Below, one piece after another: positions 27,246 to 37,557 of a stretch of 41,322 nucleotides of DNA. The DNA is from Gammaproteobacteria bacterium. Its GTDB lineage: Bacteria; Pseudomonadota; Gammaproteobacteria; Pseudomonadales; CAMLJR01. A program made the position numbers and the translations under genes. The DNA lies in the NCBI GenBank assembly GCA_050485745.1, contig JBJHBY010000003.1:1-41322 (forward strand), read 5' to 3'. Position 1 is the stretch's first letter. Every line of letters starts with the position of its first letter. The notes beneath the pieces are model-generated. The model worked only from the letters and a program-made list of their open reading frames with translations. It searched no databases and was not told the DNA's origin.

Positions 27246-27574
27246 GGCGGGATATGGGTACCGTCCGGAGGTTGCGGCATCCTAGGTGCGGCCCCCGCCA
27301 GTGTCAAGGGAACGTCCGGCGGGTTTCCTGCGTTCCCTGGGTGTCCCGGGCTTGCTGGTGCAGGGCCTGCCCGATACCGGCGTACGGGCGTCCCGGGGCT
27401 TGTGCAGCCCGCCCGCATTGCGTAGAATCTGCGCCCCTTCAGACCCAAAGTGCGGCCATGGTGGTCGCGCTGCCTGGCACCGCCCCCGGCCCCTGGCCGG
27501 CAACAGCGGCCCGGCCCGGCCAGCCGGGCCCGGTCCAGAACCCGGCGGACAGGCTCGATCGGAGAGTAGTGACG

Positions 27575-27886
27575 ATGTACGCAATCATTGAGGCCGGTGG
27601 CAAGCAGTACCGGGTAGCCGAGGGCGATACCCTCAAGCTGGAAAAAATCGAAGTGGCCACCGGTGAGACGGTCGATTTCGATCGCGTCCTGCTCGTCAGC
27701 GACGGCGAGACCGCGAAGATCGGCAAGCCCTACCTCGAGGGTGGCAAGGTGTCCGCCGAGGTGGTTGCCCAGGGTCGTCATGCGAAGATCCGCATCATCA
27801 AGTTTCGTCGGCGCAAGCACCACATGAAGCAGGCGGGTCATCGCCAGTGGTACACTGAAGTCCGCATTACCGGCATCAGCGCCTGA
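27575..27886 (+). CDS. rplU: 50S ribosomal protein L21
   Basis: [25 protein letters not shown]...[13 protein letters not shown], 103 aa. The ATG at 27575 lies inside the longer track ORF 27254..27886. Confidence 0.95.
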   Translation: MYAIIEAGGKQYRVAEGDTLKLEKIEVATGETVDFDRVLLVSDGETAKIGKPYLEGGKVSAEVVAQGRHAKIRIIKFRRRKHHMKQAGHRQWYTEVRITGISA

Positions 27887-27905
27887 GCAGCGAGGAGAGT
27901 TCGAG

Positions 27906-28163
27906 ATGGCACACAAGAAGGCAGGCGGCAGTACGCGCAACGGGCGCGATTCCGAAAGCAAGCGGCTGGGTGTAAAGCGCTTCGGTGGCCAGGTGGTCAA
28001 GGCGGGCAGCATCATCGTGCGCCAGCGTGGCACCCGCTTCCACCCCGGTGACAACGTCGGCTGTGGTCGTGATCACACCCTGTTTGCGACCAGCGACGGC
28101 ACGGTGCAGTTCGTCACCCGTGGCCCGGAAAAGCGCAAGTTCGTGAACATCGTACCGGCCTGA
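27906..28163 (+). CDS. rpmA: 50S ribosomal protein L27
   Basis: [29 protein letters not shown]..., 85 aa, 19 nt after rplU. Confidence 0.95.
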   Translation: MAHKKAGGSTRNGRDSESKRLGVKRFGGQVVKAGSIIVRQRGTRFHPGDNVGCGRDHTLFATSDGTVQFVTRGPEKRKFVNIVPA

Positions 28164-28198
28164 TTTCCGGTACCGGGTCCACAACCGGCCCCGCAAAG

Positions 28199-28227
28199 CC
28201 CCGTCGCCATGGCGGGGTTTTTTGTTT
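28199..28227 (+). terminator. rho-independent terminator/attenuator after rpmA
   Basis: CCCCGTC-GCCAT-GGCGGGG stem-loop followed by TTTTTTGTTT. Confidence 0.6.
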
Positions 28228-28240
28228 CCGGGCAGAATGA

Positions 28241-29479
<1,239 letters not shown>

Positions 29480-29517
29480 CCGGGCCGCTGTCGAGGCGGT
29501 CCACCCTGCCCTGGAAC

Positions 29518-30657
29518 GTGACGAAGATGACGGGAGATAGCCGGGAAGAGCTGCGCACCGCCCGCCGCTGGGTGGTCAAGATCGGGAGTGCCCTGCTCAC
29601 GGCTGACGGGCGCGGCCTGGATGCCGAGGGTATTGCCGGCTGGGTGCGTCAGCTGGCAGCCTTGCGCCAGCGTGGCATCGAGCTTGTGTTGGTGTCCTCG
29701 GGTGCGGTCGCCGAGGGCATGACGCGCCTCGGCTGGAAGACCCGGCCACACGCCATTCACCAGTTACAGGCGGCAGCCGCGGTCGGCCAGATGGGCCTGG
29801 TGCAGGCCTATGAATCCCAGTTTCAGCGCTACGGCCTGCACACCGCCCAGGTGCTGCTGGGGCATGACGATATCTCCGCTCGTGATCGTTACCTCAATGC
29901 GCGCAGTGCCCTGGCGACCCTGATCGGTCTCGGTGTGGTGCCGGTGGTGAACGAGAACGATACGGTGGTGACCGAGGAGATCCGCTTCGGTGACAACGAC
30001 ACACTCGGCGCCCTGGTGGCCAATCTCATTGATGCCGATTTGCTGGTGATCCTCACCGATCAACAGGGGTTGTATGAACGCGACCCGCGCATGGACCCTG
30101 AAGCTCCTCTGGTCTCCCGTGCGCAGGCTGCTGATTCCCGCCTGGATGCCTTTGCCGGCGGCAGCTCCGGCGCGCTGGGGCGCGGTGGCATGCTGACCAA
30201 ACTGCGTGCCGCCCGCCTGGCGGCGCGCTCCGGAGCGGACACGGTCATCGTTGGCGGGCGTATCGAGGACGTGCTGTTGCGTCTGGCCGAGGGCGAGGCC
30301 CTGGGTACCCTGCTGGTGGCGGAGCAACACCCGCTGGCGGCGCGCAAGCAGTGGCTGGCCGGGTTGCTGCAGACCACCGGGGTGCTGACCCTGGATCCGG
30401 GCGCGGTGCGTGTGATCCGCGAACAGGGGCGCAGCCTGCTGCCCGTGGGTGTGCGGCAGGTGGCCGGGCGTTTCCGCCGTGGTGATCTGGTGTCCTGCGT
30501 GGACGAGGCCGGGATCGAGGTGGCCCGCGGCCTGGTCAACTATGGCATTGATGAGGCAGCCCGGATCATCGGCCACGGCAGCGCCCGGCTGGAAGCGCTG
30601 CTCGGCTACCAGGGGGATGAAGAGCTGATCCACAGGGATAACCTGGTGGTGCTCTGA
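29518..30657 (+). CDS. proB: glutamate 5-kinase
   Basis: [13 protein letters not shown]..., [11 protein letters not shown] and a C-terminal PUA-type region. The track start is GTG 29518; ATG 29527 is an alternative. Confidence 0.92.
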   Translation: MTKMTGDSREELRTARRWVVKIGSALLTADGRGLDAEGIAGWVRQLAALRQRGIELVLVSSGAVAEGMTRLGWKTRPHAIHQLQAAAAVGQMGLVQAYESQFQRYGLHTAQVLLGHDDISARDRYLNARSALATLIGLGVVPVVNENDTVVTEEIRFGDNDTLGALVANLIDADLLVILTDQQGLYERDPRMDPEAPLVSRAQAADSRLDAFAGGSSGALGRGGMLTKLRAARLAARSGADTVIVGGRIEDVLLRLAEGEALGTLLVAEQHPLAARKQWLAGLLQTTGVLTLDPGAVRVIREQGRSLLPVGVRQVAGRFRRGDLVSCVDEAGIEVARGLVNYGIDEAARIIGHGSARLEALLGYQGDEELIHRDNLVVL

Positions 30658-30686
30658 GCAACGATACCGGGGCTGGGAGGGCATTG

Positions 30687-31472
30687 GTGCTGGTCGAGGT
30701 CGTCGGGTTCACTCTCAAGCGCTGGCTGGGGGCCAGCCTGATGCCTTTGCCGGTCGGCCTGATGCTGCTGGTTGCGGGCTTGCTGTGCTGGTGGCGGGGG
30801 CGCTCTGTTGGGCGCTGGCTGTCGCTGGGCGGCTTGCTCGTGCTGCTGCTGGCAAGCTGGCCACCTCTGGCCGAGCGCCTGCTGGCTCCCCTCGAGGATC
30901 GCTACTCTCCCCTGCAGCAGCCGGTGCCTGGCCTTGGTTACGTCGTGGTGATGGGGGGGAGTCACGCGGAGCGGCCGGGCCTGCCTGCGGTAAACCGCCT
31001 CAATACCGCTTCGACTTATCGCTTGCTGGAGGGCGTCGCCATTCACCTCCGGAATCCGGGCAGTCGCCTGGTACTGATGGGGGGAGGGGGCAGGTTCGAG
31101 CGACATGCCGAGGTGATGTCGGAGGTGGCGCAGCATCTGGGCGTGGCGGAGGCGGCGATCCTGCTCGAACCGCGGCCCCGGGATACGCGGCAGGAGGGTA
31201 TCCTGCTGGCCGCGCTGCTGGATGCCCGGTTGGATGGCAAGGAGACACCGGTAGTGGTGGTGACCTCGGCCGCTCATATGCACCGCACCCTGTACTGGCT
31301 GCGGCAAGCGGGTGTGGAGGCGATCCCCGCACCGACGGATTTTCAGGCACGGCGCAACTCGCCTGCCGGATATCTGCCCAGTGTCGAGGCGCTGGCGATG
31401 AGCCACGCCGCCTGGCATGAATATCTGGGGCTGCTCTGGGGGCGATTGACGCAGGGCCGCGACAGTCCGTGA
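30687..31472 (+). CDS. DUF218 (YdcF/ElyC-like) membrane-anchored protein
   Basis: N-terminal TM helices, then YVVVMGG... and VVVVTSAAHMHRTLYWLRQAG, typical of DUF218. GTG 30687 lies 6 nt after GGGAGG; the track starts at TTG 30684. Confidence 0.7.
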   Translation: MLVEVVGFTLKRWLGASLMPLPVGLMLLVAGLLCWWRGRSVGRWLSLGGLLVLLLASWPPLAERLLAPLEDRYSPLQQPVPGLGYVVVMGGSHAERPGLPAVNRLNTASTYRLLEGVAIHLRNPGSRLVLMGGGGRFERHAEVMSEVAQHLGVAEAAILLEPRPRDTRQEGILLAALLDARLDGKETPVVVVTSAAHMHRTLYWLRQAGVEAIPAPTDFQARRNSPAGYLPSVEALAMSHAAWHEYLGLLWGRLTQGRDSP

Positions 31473-31563
31473 CAGGCGGGCAACCGTTGACTGGCGAGGA
31501 AGAACGGGCAAGAACGGGCGGGCAGGAGCGAGCCGGGAACGAGCAAATGAACAACAACGAAAA

Positions 31564-31584
31564 CCGCCGGGCGTGGCCCGGCGG
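31564..31584 (-). terminator. candidate terminator in the convergent spacer (rpsT side)
   Basis: CCGCCGGGC-GTG-GCCCGGCGG perfect 9-bp stem, followed on the minus strand by TTTTCGTTGTTGTT. It lies about 70 nt below the rpsT stop. Confidence 0.4.
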
Positions 31585-31653
31585 TCAACGGTTTGCCTGG
31601 TGAGCTTGCTGGCGCGCTGGTCTCGCGCCAGGGCGAGCGCTCAAGCGGGTAGG

Positions 31654-31926
31654 TCAGCCCTGGGTTGCCAGCGCCTTGATCTGGGCGTTGAGGCGGCTCT
31701 TGTGGCGTGCTGCCTTGTTTTTGTGGATCAGGCCCTTGTCCGCCATGCGGTCGATGACGGGCACGGCACGGGTGTAGGCACCTTTGGCCGCCTCGGCATC
31801 ACCGCTGCGGATGGCCGAAACCACCTTCTTGATGTAGGTGCGGACCATGGAGCGCAGGCTGGCATTGTGCTTGCGACGCTTTTCAGACTGGCGTGCACGC
31901 TTTTTCGCTTGTGGGGAGTTCGCCAC
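31654..31926 (-). CDS. rpsT: 30S ribosomal protein S20
   Basis: [35 protein letters not shown]..., 90 aa. Confidence 0.95.
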   Translation of the reverse strand: MANSPQAKKRARQSEKRRKHNASLRSMVRTYIKKVVSAIRSGDAEAAKGAYTRAVPVIDRMADKGLIHKNKAARHKSRLNAQIKALATQG

Positions 31927-32046
31927 CGATATACTCCTCGAATTCGGGTCGGTCGGAAACAGGACGCGGAATTATTCCTGCTTGGTCTCTGCCTGTCAAG
32001 GACGCCGGGTGGGTGCGGAGCATGAAAAAACGTTGAATCGCCCGTT

Positions 32047-32664
32047 TCAGTGTTCCTTGTTCTGCTCCCGGTGTTCGCGCAGGGGGACCGCTTCGCGGGC
32101 GCCCAGCCGCGGGCGCCCGGGTTCGATGGCGGTCAGGGCCTCGGCGGGTTCGAGGCTGGCCAGGCAGCGGCGTGCGAGTTCCTGGTACTCTCCCGTGCCG
32201 CGGGTCTTCCATGCGATCTCCGCGTCGGTCAGGGCGCGCACCACGCGAGCGGGCATGCCGGTGGCCAGGGTGCCTGCGGGCACCGCGAAGCCGGTCTTGA
32301 CGAAGGCCATGGCGCCGACAAAGGCATTGGCGCCGATGTCCGCATCGTCCATGACCACCGCATGCATGCCGATCAGGGCGTTCTCGCGCACGGTGCAGCC
32401 ATGCAGGATGGCGCCATGGCCGATATGCCCGTTGCGCTCCACCACCACCGCGCGATGCGGGAAGGAGTGCAGCACGCACTGGTCCTGGATGTTGGCGCCG
32501 TCCCCAACGATAACCTGTCCGAAGTCGCCGCGCAGGCTCGCTCCCGGACCGATATAACAGTTGCGGCCGATAATCACATCGCCGATCAGGATGGCGTCGG
32601 GGTGCACGAAGCTGGAGGGGTCGACGACGGGGATGACGCCCTCCAGGGAGTAGACCTTGGGCAT
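32047..32664 (-). CDS. gamma-carbonic-anhydrase-like / hexapeptide-repeat protein (PaaY/CaiE-like)
   Basis: Left-handed beta-helix hexapeptide repeats (IGDVIIGRNCYIGPGASLRGDFGQVIVGDGANIQDQCVLH...GHIGHGAILHGC). Start at ATG 32664 (MPKVYSLEG). The upstream part of the track ORF looks non-coding. Confidence 0.8.
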   Translation of the reverse strand: MPKVYSLEGVIPVVDPSSFVHPDAILIGDVIIGRNCYIGPGASLRGDFGQVIVGDGANIQDQCVLHSFPHRAVVVERNGHIGHGAILHGCTVRENALIGMHAVVMDDADIGANAFVGAMAFVKTGFAVPAGTLATGMPARVVRALTDAEIAWKTRGTGEYQELARRCLASLEPAEALTAIEPGRPRLGAREAVPLREHREQNKEH

Positions 32665-32698
32665 TGGCGGGTTCCTGCTGTTGGCGGGGTGGCGGGGC

Positions 32699-33166
32699 TT
32701 ACTGGCCCAGCCGGCTGGCATCATAAAGCAGATGCTGGCTGAGGTCGCCGATCTGCTCCGGCAGCATGATGCGCTCGACAAAATGCCACTGGCCGTCCGT
32801 GCGCGTGAAGCGGTCATGGTAGCGCCCGGCGATGATCATCTGCAGGGGCAGTTCCGGTGTGGCCTGCAGCACCGAAAAGTATGAGCGCGCGGTGGCCGTG
32901 CCGGCGGCTTCGTCCACCTCGATGATGGCATTGGTGGTGATATGCCGGGTGCGGGGAGTGCCGCAGGGGTAAAGCCGTGTGGCGTTGCGGTACATGTTGA
33001 GGATGGCATCGTAGCCGGCAACCTCGCTGTCATTGGCCGGGGCGCGGATACAGCCCCGGCGGAAGAGTTCCGCCACGCCCTCGAGGTCGCCCAGGTCGAT
33101 ACGTTCGGCGTAAGTGTAAAGCAGGTTTTCGATGGCTCGGCTGCTGTCCATGGGGTCCCCTTTCAT
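32699..33166 (-). CDS. SnoaL-like / NTF2-fold protein
   Basis: About 150 aa with IENLLYTYAERIDLGDLEGVAELF... and ...GRYHDRFTRTDGQWHFVER, the usual SnoaL_4-type pattern. ATG 33151 is an alternative start. Confidence 0.55.
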   Translation of the reverse strand: MKGDPMDSSRAIENLLYTYAERIDLGDLEGVAELFRRGCIRAPANDSEVAGYDAILNMYRNATRLYPCGTPRTRHITTNAIIEVDEAAGTATARSYFSVLQATPELPLQMIIAGRYHDRFTRTDGQWHFVERIMLPEQIGDLSQHLLYDASRLGQ

Positions 33167-33390
33167 GCGGTGTCATGTCATGCGGTGGCCCGGGGTGATC
33201 CCCGGAGAGTGAAGGCCACCCATTGTGGCCACCGGATCCCTGCGTGGATCAAGGCCCGGGTGACGGTCGGTGGTGATTGTGTGGCGCCGGGTTCGATCAG
33301 CAAGACCGGCACCGCGGTTTATGTCGGCGCCATGGCCCGTGTGAGCGGCGTGTCTTGACGGCCAGTGTGGACGGCCAGTTTGGGCAGCCA

Positions 33391-33418
33391 TGTCACCGCC
33401 CGGTGTTTTGGTTATAAT
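33391..33418 (+). promoter_or_regulatory. candidate sigma-70 promoter for the TetR gene
   Basis: TGTCAC (33391..33396), 16 nt, then TATAAT (33413..33418), about 60 nt upstream of ATG 33479. Confidence 0.35.
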
Positions 33419-33478
33419 CGCTGGCTTGTGCCGGTATGGCAGGTCGCCGGCGACCCTGGCCGGGCCTGGAGAACACGC

Positions 33479-34099
33479 ATGAAATCAACTGCCGAGCGGG
33501 TGCTCGACGCCGCGGAGGACCTGTTTGCGGAGAAGGGCTATGCCGCCACTTCCCTGGGTGATGTCGCCGATCGCGTGGGCATTCGTTCTCCCAGCCTTTA
33601 CAACCACTTCCGCAACAAGGAAGCGCTCTACCAGGCTGTGGTCCAGCGCCTGCTCGACCGCTTCGCGGGCCCGCTTTCGGAACTGCTGGAACAGCCTCCG
33701 ACGCGGGAGCGCATTCTGCGCTGGCTTGAGCAGATTGTGCGCATGCATCATCGCCACCCCAATCTTGCGCGCCTGCTGCAGCATGCGGCTCTTTCCGGTG
33801 GCCCTCACACCAAGGAGCTGATCGAGCAAATGTTCCGCCCGCTGTTCGAGCGCTCCCCCTCCAGCGACAAGGTCGAGTTATTCGCCCTCGGTGATCCGGG
33901 ATTGCAGCCCTGGGCAGTCATGGCGCTCAACAACATGGTGATGTCGTATATCACCATGGCGCCTATGTATCAGGACATGCTGGGTGCGGACCCGCTTTCA
34001 CCCGAAGCCGTGGAACGGCAAATCGATCTGATCATGAAGCTGGGGCGACTGGTGATGGGCGCGCCTCTGGATGAGCCGGTCGGAGATCCGGCTTCCTGA
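33479..34099 (+). CDS. TetR/AcrR-family transcriptional regulator
   Basis: N-terminal HTH ERVLDAAEDLFAEKGYAATSLGDVADRVGIRSPSLYNHFRNKEALY. Start at ATG 33479 within track ORF 33365..34099. Confidence 0.85.
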   Translation: MKSTAERVLDAAEDLFAEKGYAATSLGDVADRVGIRSPSLYNHFRNKEALYQAVVQRLLDRFAGPLSELLEQPPTRERILRWLEQIVRMHHRHPNLARLLQHAALSGGPHTKELIEQMFRPLFERSPSSDKVELFALGDPGLQPWAVMALNNMVMSYITMAPMYQDMLGADPLSPEAVERQIDLIMKLGRLVMGAPLDEPVGDPAS

Positions 34100-34130
34100 A
34101 GCGACGAAGCTGAACAGGCGGAGTAAAGCC

Positions 34131-35132
34131 ATGCTTGATACCGAACAGGTAGTGATTGCCCGCGGCGAAGACGGCGCGTTTCGCCTGAAATTGCAGGAGG
34201 CCGCGGCGCTGCCACTGCGGATATCCCCGAGCCTGAGCCCGGAGCACCCCTCGGCGCAGCGCTTCGACTTCGGGGGCGAGGTCGCCTTGCGACCGCTGGC
34301 CGCGGGGCGCCGGCACTATTTCCACCTGATGGGTGATGACTTTCACGGGGTTGTTGCCGAGCGCCACATCCCGTTTCAGGGCACGCCCAATTTTCGCGAT
34401 TTTGGCGGCTATCGTACCGAGGACGGCCGTCGCCTGCGTTGGGGCTGGCTGTACCGCTCCGGTCAGCTCGCCGGACTGGACGATACCGACAGCCGGCAGC
34501 TCGGTGCGCTGGGCATCGGTCTGGTCTGTGATTTCCGTCGTGACGAGGAACGCGCGAAGGAGCCGAGTCGCTTCAGCGAGGACGAGCAGCCGCGGGTCGA
34601 GGGCCTGCCGATCTCACCCGGCAGTGCCACCGGTTTCTTTACGGCTCTGGAAGAGGGGCGAGCCAGCGTCGAGCAGATGGTGGCTTTCATGGAGGAGATC
34701 AACCGCGACTTCGCCCTGGCGCAGATTCCCACCTATCGGCGCATGTTCGAGCTGCTGCTGGAGACGGATACCCCGGTGCTGGTGCATTGTGCTGCCGGCA
34801 AGGATCGCACCGGCTTTGCCGCAGCGATGATCCTGCGGGCACTCGGCGTCTCCCGCGAGCTTGTGCTGCAGGACTATCTGCTCACGACCCGCTATCTGCG
34901 CCCCGAGGCCGAGGTTGCCCGGCTGCAGCGCAAGTACGGGTTTGAGGGCAATGCGGAAGTGCTGATCCCGATGCTGGAGGCGCGGGCTTCGTATCTTTCG
35001 GCGGCCTTTGCCGCCATCGACGAGACCTTCGGTGACGACGAGCGCTACCTGGCGGAATCCCTGGGCGTCACCCGCTCGGCCCGCGAGGCCCTGCGCGAGA
35101 AGCTGTTGCTTCCTGTTGGCGTGCGGGGCTGA
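34131..35132 (+). CDS. protein-tyrosine phosphatase family protein (Y_phosphatase3-like)
   Basis: CX5R P-loop VLVHCAAGKDRTG. Upstream NFRDFGGY... and LYRSGQL are typical of this family. ATG 34131 lies 32 nt after the TetR stop, so co-transcription is likely. Confidence 0.8.
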   Translation: MLDTEQVVIARGEDGAFRLKLQEAAALPLRISPSLSPEHPSAQRFDFGGEVALRPLAAGRRHYFHLMGDDFHGVVAERHIPFQGTPNFRDFGGYRTEDGRRLRWGWLYRSGQLAGLDDTDSRQLGALGIGLVCDFRRDEERAKEPSRFSEDEQPRVEGLPISPGSATGFFTALEEGRASVEQMVAFMEEINRDFALAQIPTYRRMFELLLETDTPVLVHCAAGKDRTGFAAAMILRALGVSRELVLQDYLLTTRYLRPEAEVARLQRKYGFEGNAEVLIPMLEARASYLSAAFAAIDETFGDDERYLAESLGVTRSAREALREKLLLPVGVRG

Positions 35133-35412
35133 AAGGGTTCCCGGGGTTCCGGGGGCGAGGCTGCCGGGCTGAAGGGGTAGAACAGCCGCTGCTGTCGCAG
35201 CAGCTCAGGGAAGCCTGATTCCGTCGTATCCCTGCCGTGCGTGGCCGCCGCAGTGTCTGCTCGCACCGCTCGCTGCGGTGTGGCTGTGTCGGCCTTTGCT
35301 GCGCCCAAAAGAAAGCCCGCCAAACCATGCTGACAGGGCGTGGTCATGGCGGGCTCCCGGAGCTCAGGTCCTGTCCGCCGCCCTCATGCAAGGGTGGCGG
35401 AGCAGGGCGACC

Positions 35413-35688
35413 TCAGCCGCCGCGGCAGGCTTCGGTGGCTGCGCGGATCTGGCGGCGGTGGCAGTTGTCCTGCGACTCGCGGCCCACACACCACTCGCGG
35501 CGCTGGTCCCAGGCGGTCATCGGTTGCAGCTCACCGTTGGAGCAGCGCACGATGTAGTTGGCGTACTCGCGGCCGTCGGCAGTGGTGCCTTCGGACTCGA
35601 AGGTGATGCTGGTGGGTTTGGCCGCAAAGGCGCTTGCGGAGAAGGCCAGGGTTGCGGTTGCCAGTGCAGCGAACAGGGTCTTTTTCAT
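35413..35688 (-). CDS. small secreted cysteine-containing protein, unknown function
   Basis: MKKTLFAALATATLAFSASAFA signal peptide, then a roughly 69-aa mature part with 4 Cys. Start at ATG 35688 inside track ORF 35413..35865. Confidence 0.5.
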   Translation of the reverse strand: MKKTLFAALATATLAFSASAFAAKPTSITFESEGTTADGREYANYIVRCSNGELQPMTAWDQRREWCVGRESQDNCHRRQIRAATEACRGG

Positions 35689-35851
35689 GGCGGCGGTCTC
35701 ATTTCCTGCGATAGTGAAGTCAGCGAATGTTGCGTTTCGTGACATGTGTGCTTCGATGGTTTTCATTCTAATCAGCGTCCCCGGCGAATGCCAGAGATAC
35801 GCCGGCTCACGCGCCGCCGGAAGCGCATTCCGCGCCACTTTTCCAGCTCTG

Positions 35852-35883
35852 TTATTAATAATCAAGTATTTGATTATTAATAA
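35852..35883. promoter_or_regulatory. perfect 14-bp inverted repeat (candidate operator) in an AT-rich promoter region
   Basis: TTATTAATAATCAA-GTAT-TTGATTATTAATAA, about 165-195 bp upstream of the small secreted protein gene. It is the only strongly AT-rich patch in this part of the window. Confidence 0.4.
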
Positions 35884-36089
35884 AAAAAATGATTATTTTG
35901 CGGTGTTCAGCTGTGAAATTACGTTTTCTTAACCACTGGTAAATTACGCCGATGTAAAGTTCGTCGGGCCGAGCGCTGCCCCGGATCCGGCCGAGCGCTG
36001 TCCGGTGGTGTTTTGTTACCGTCACGTAAGAATTGTGTTACCGGTGGCGGGCCGGTCTGTTCCGGCCGGGCGGGGTGAATTGCGGGCAT

Positions 36090-36122
36090 AAAAAAACCCG
36101 GCCTTGTGGGCCGGGTTTTTTT
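36090..36122. terminator. bidirectional rho-independent terminator
   Basis: AAAAAAA-CCCGGCC-TTGTG-GGCCGGG-TTTTTTT, directly 3' of the tRNA on the minus strand. Confidence 0.7.
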
Positions 36123-36130
36123 ATGAAATG

Positions 36131-36207
<77 letters not shown>

Positions 36208-36223
36208 ACAACTTGAGGTGCGC

Positions 36224-36251
36224 ATTATACGCAGGCAGTGTAGGGCGTCAA
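36224..36251 (-). promoter_or_regulatory. sigma-70 promoter of tRNA-fMet
   Basis: The minus strand reads TTGACG, 16 nt, TATAAT, then a GC-rich discriminator GCGCACC (stringent-control type). The -10 element ends about 16 nt before the mature 5' end. Confidence 0.6.
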
Positions 36252-36375
36252 GGGGAATCTCCGGAGTATCACCCGCGGCATGCACCGACGCCGGAAAGAG
36301 CGGTGGCGGATGACGGCGCAGCGGGAATCCGGTAAGGTTTCGCGCCGGTTGGCCATAGAGCTGAAGAGCACATTC

Positions 36376-37548
36376 ATGGATCCATTTGCGGATATCCGCC
36401 CCTATAACGACGACGAAGTGCGAGAGGTGCTGGATCGTCTGCTCGCGGATGACGAGTGCATCGCCACGGCGGCGCGCCAGGGTTTTCCCCGGCTGGCCGG
36501 GACGGCACCGGCACTGCTGCGGCCACTGGTGCGTTTCGCCCTGCGGCGGCGGCTCGCGGGGGTTCGGGATGTGCACGGCTTCCAGCTTCTGATGAAGAAG
36601 TACATGGACCGCATGATCGAGAGCACCACCGATCGCTTTACCGTGTCCGGCCTGGAGTCTCTGTCGCCGGAGCGCCCCTATCTGTTCATGAGCAACCACC
36701 GCGACATCGCCCTGGACCCGGCCTTCGTCAACTACGCGCTTTACCACAATGGCCACGAGACGGTGCGCATCGCCATCGGTGACAACCTGCTGTCGAAGCC
36801 GTTTGCCTCGGACCTGATGCGTCTGAACAAGAGCTTCATCGTGCGCCGTTCTGCCAGGGGGCCGCGGCAGGTGCTGGCTGCCTACCGCAATCTGTCGGCC
36901 TACATTCGCCACTCCATCGAGGTGGACGGCAATCCGATCTGGATCGCCCAGCGCGAGGGTCGGGCCAAGGACGGGCGTGATCGCACCGAGCCCGCCATCA
37001 TCAAGATGCTGGCCATGAGCCAGGACAAGGCCAGGGAGAGTTTTTCCGGGCTGATCAATGCGCTGCGCATCGTACCCATCGCCATTTCCTACGAGTGGGA
37101 CCCCTGCGATGCGGCTAAGGCCCGCGAGCTTTGTGAGATTGCCACCCATGGCAGCTATACCAAGGCCGCCCACGAAGATCTGACCAGCATCGCCCTGGGT
37201 ATATCCGGCCAGAAGGGGCGGGTTCACGTCGCCTTTGGCCAGGTCATTCAGGGCGACCTCAGCGATGCCGACGCCGTGGCCGATGCCGTCGACCGGCAGG
37301 TCTGGTCCCTCTATGTGTTGCACCCGTCCAATTTTCTGGCCTACCAGCGTCTGTACGGCAATGTGCCCGACCTGCCCTGCGGCGCCGGCGCTCGCCCCTT
37401 CGACGCGCGCCGCTCCAGCGCCGATGCGCGCGCCTTCGATGCCCGCATCCAGGCGTTGCCCGAGGCGCACAGGGAATACGCTTTGGGGATTTACGCCAAT
37501 CCCGTGGTGAGTAAACTGAAGGCCCTGGGCGAAACCACGGATGGGTAA
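36376..37548 (+). CDS. PlsC-family (lysophospholipid/glycerol-phosphate) acyltransferase-like protein
   Basis: HX4D motif in FMSNHRDIALDP, and a later ...WIAQREGRAKDG block typical of the family. Start at ATG 36376 (MDPFADIRPY). Confidence 0.75.
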   Translation: MDPFADIRPYNDDEVREVLDRLLADDECIATAARQGFPRLAGTAPALLRPLVRFALRRRLAGVRDVHGFQLLMKKYMDRMIESTTDRFTVSGLESLSPERPYLFMSNHRDIALDPAFVNYALYHNGHETVRIAIGDNLLSKPFASDLMRLNKSFIVRRSARGPRQVLAAYRNLSAYIRHSIEVDGNPIWIAQREGRAKDGRDRTEPAIIKMLAMSQDKARESFSGLINALRIVPIAISYEWDPCDAAKARELCEIATHGSYTKAAHEDLTSIALGISGQKGRVHVAFGQVIQGDLSDADAVADAVDRQVWSLYVLHPSNFLAYQRLYGNVPDLPCGAGARPFDARRSSADARAFDARIQALPEAHREYALGIYANPVVSKLKALGETTDG

Positions 37549-37557
37549 ACGCGGGCC

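Noticed and set aside
35310-35360. Possible terminator AGCCCGCC...GGCGGGCT after the phosphatase gene
   Set aside because: The 8-bp arms are separated by a loop of about 27 nt and there is no T-run, so it is not convincing as an intrinsic terminator.
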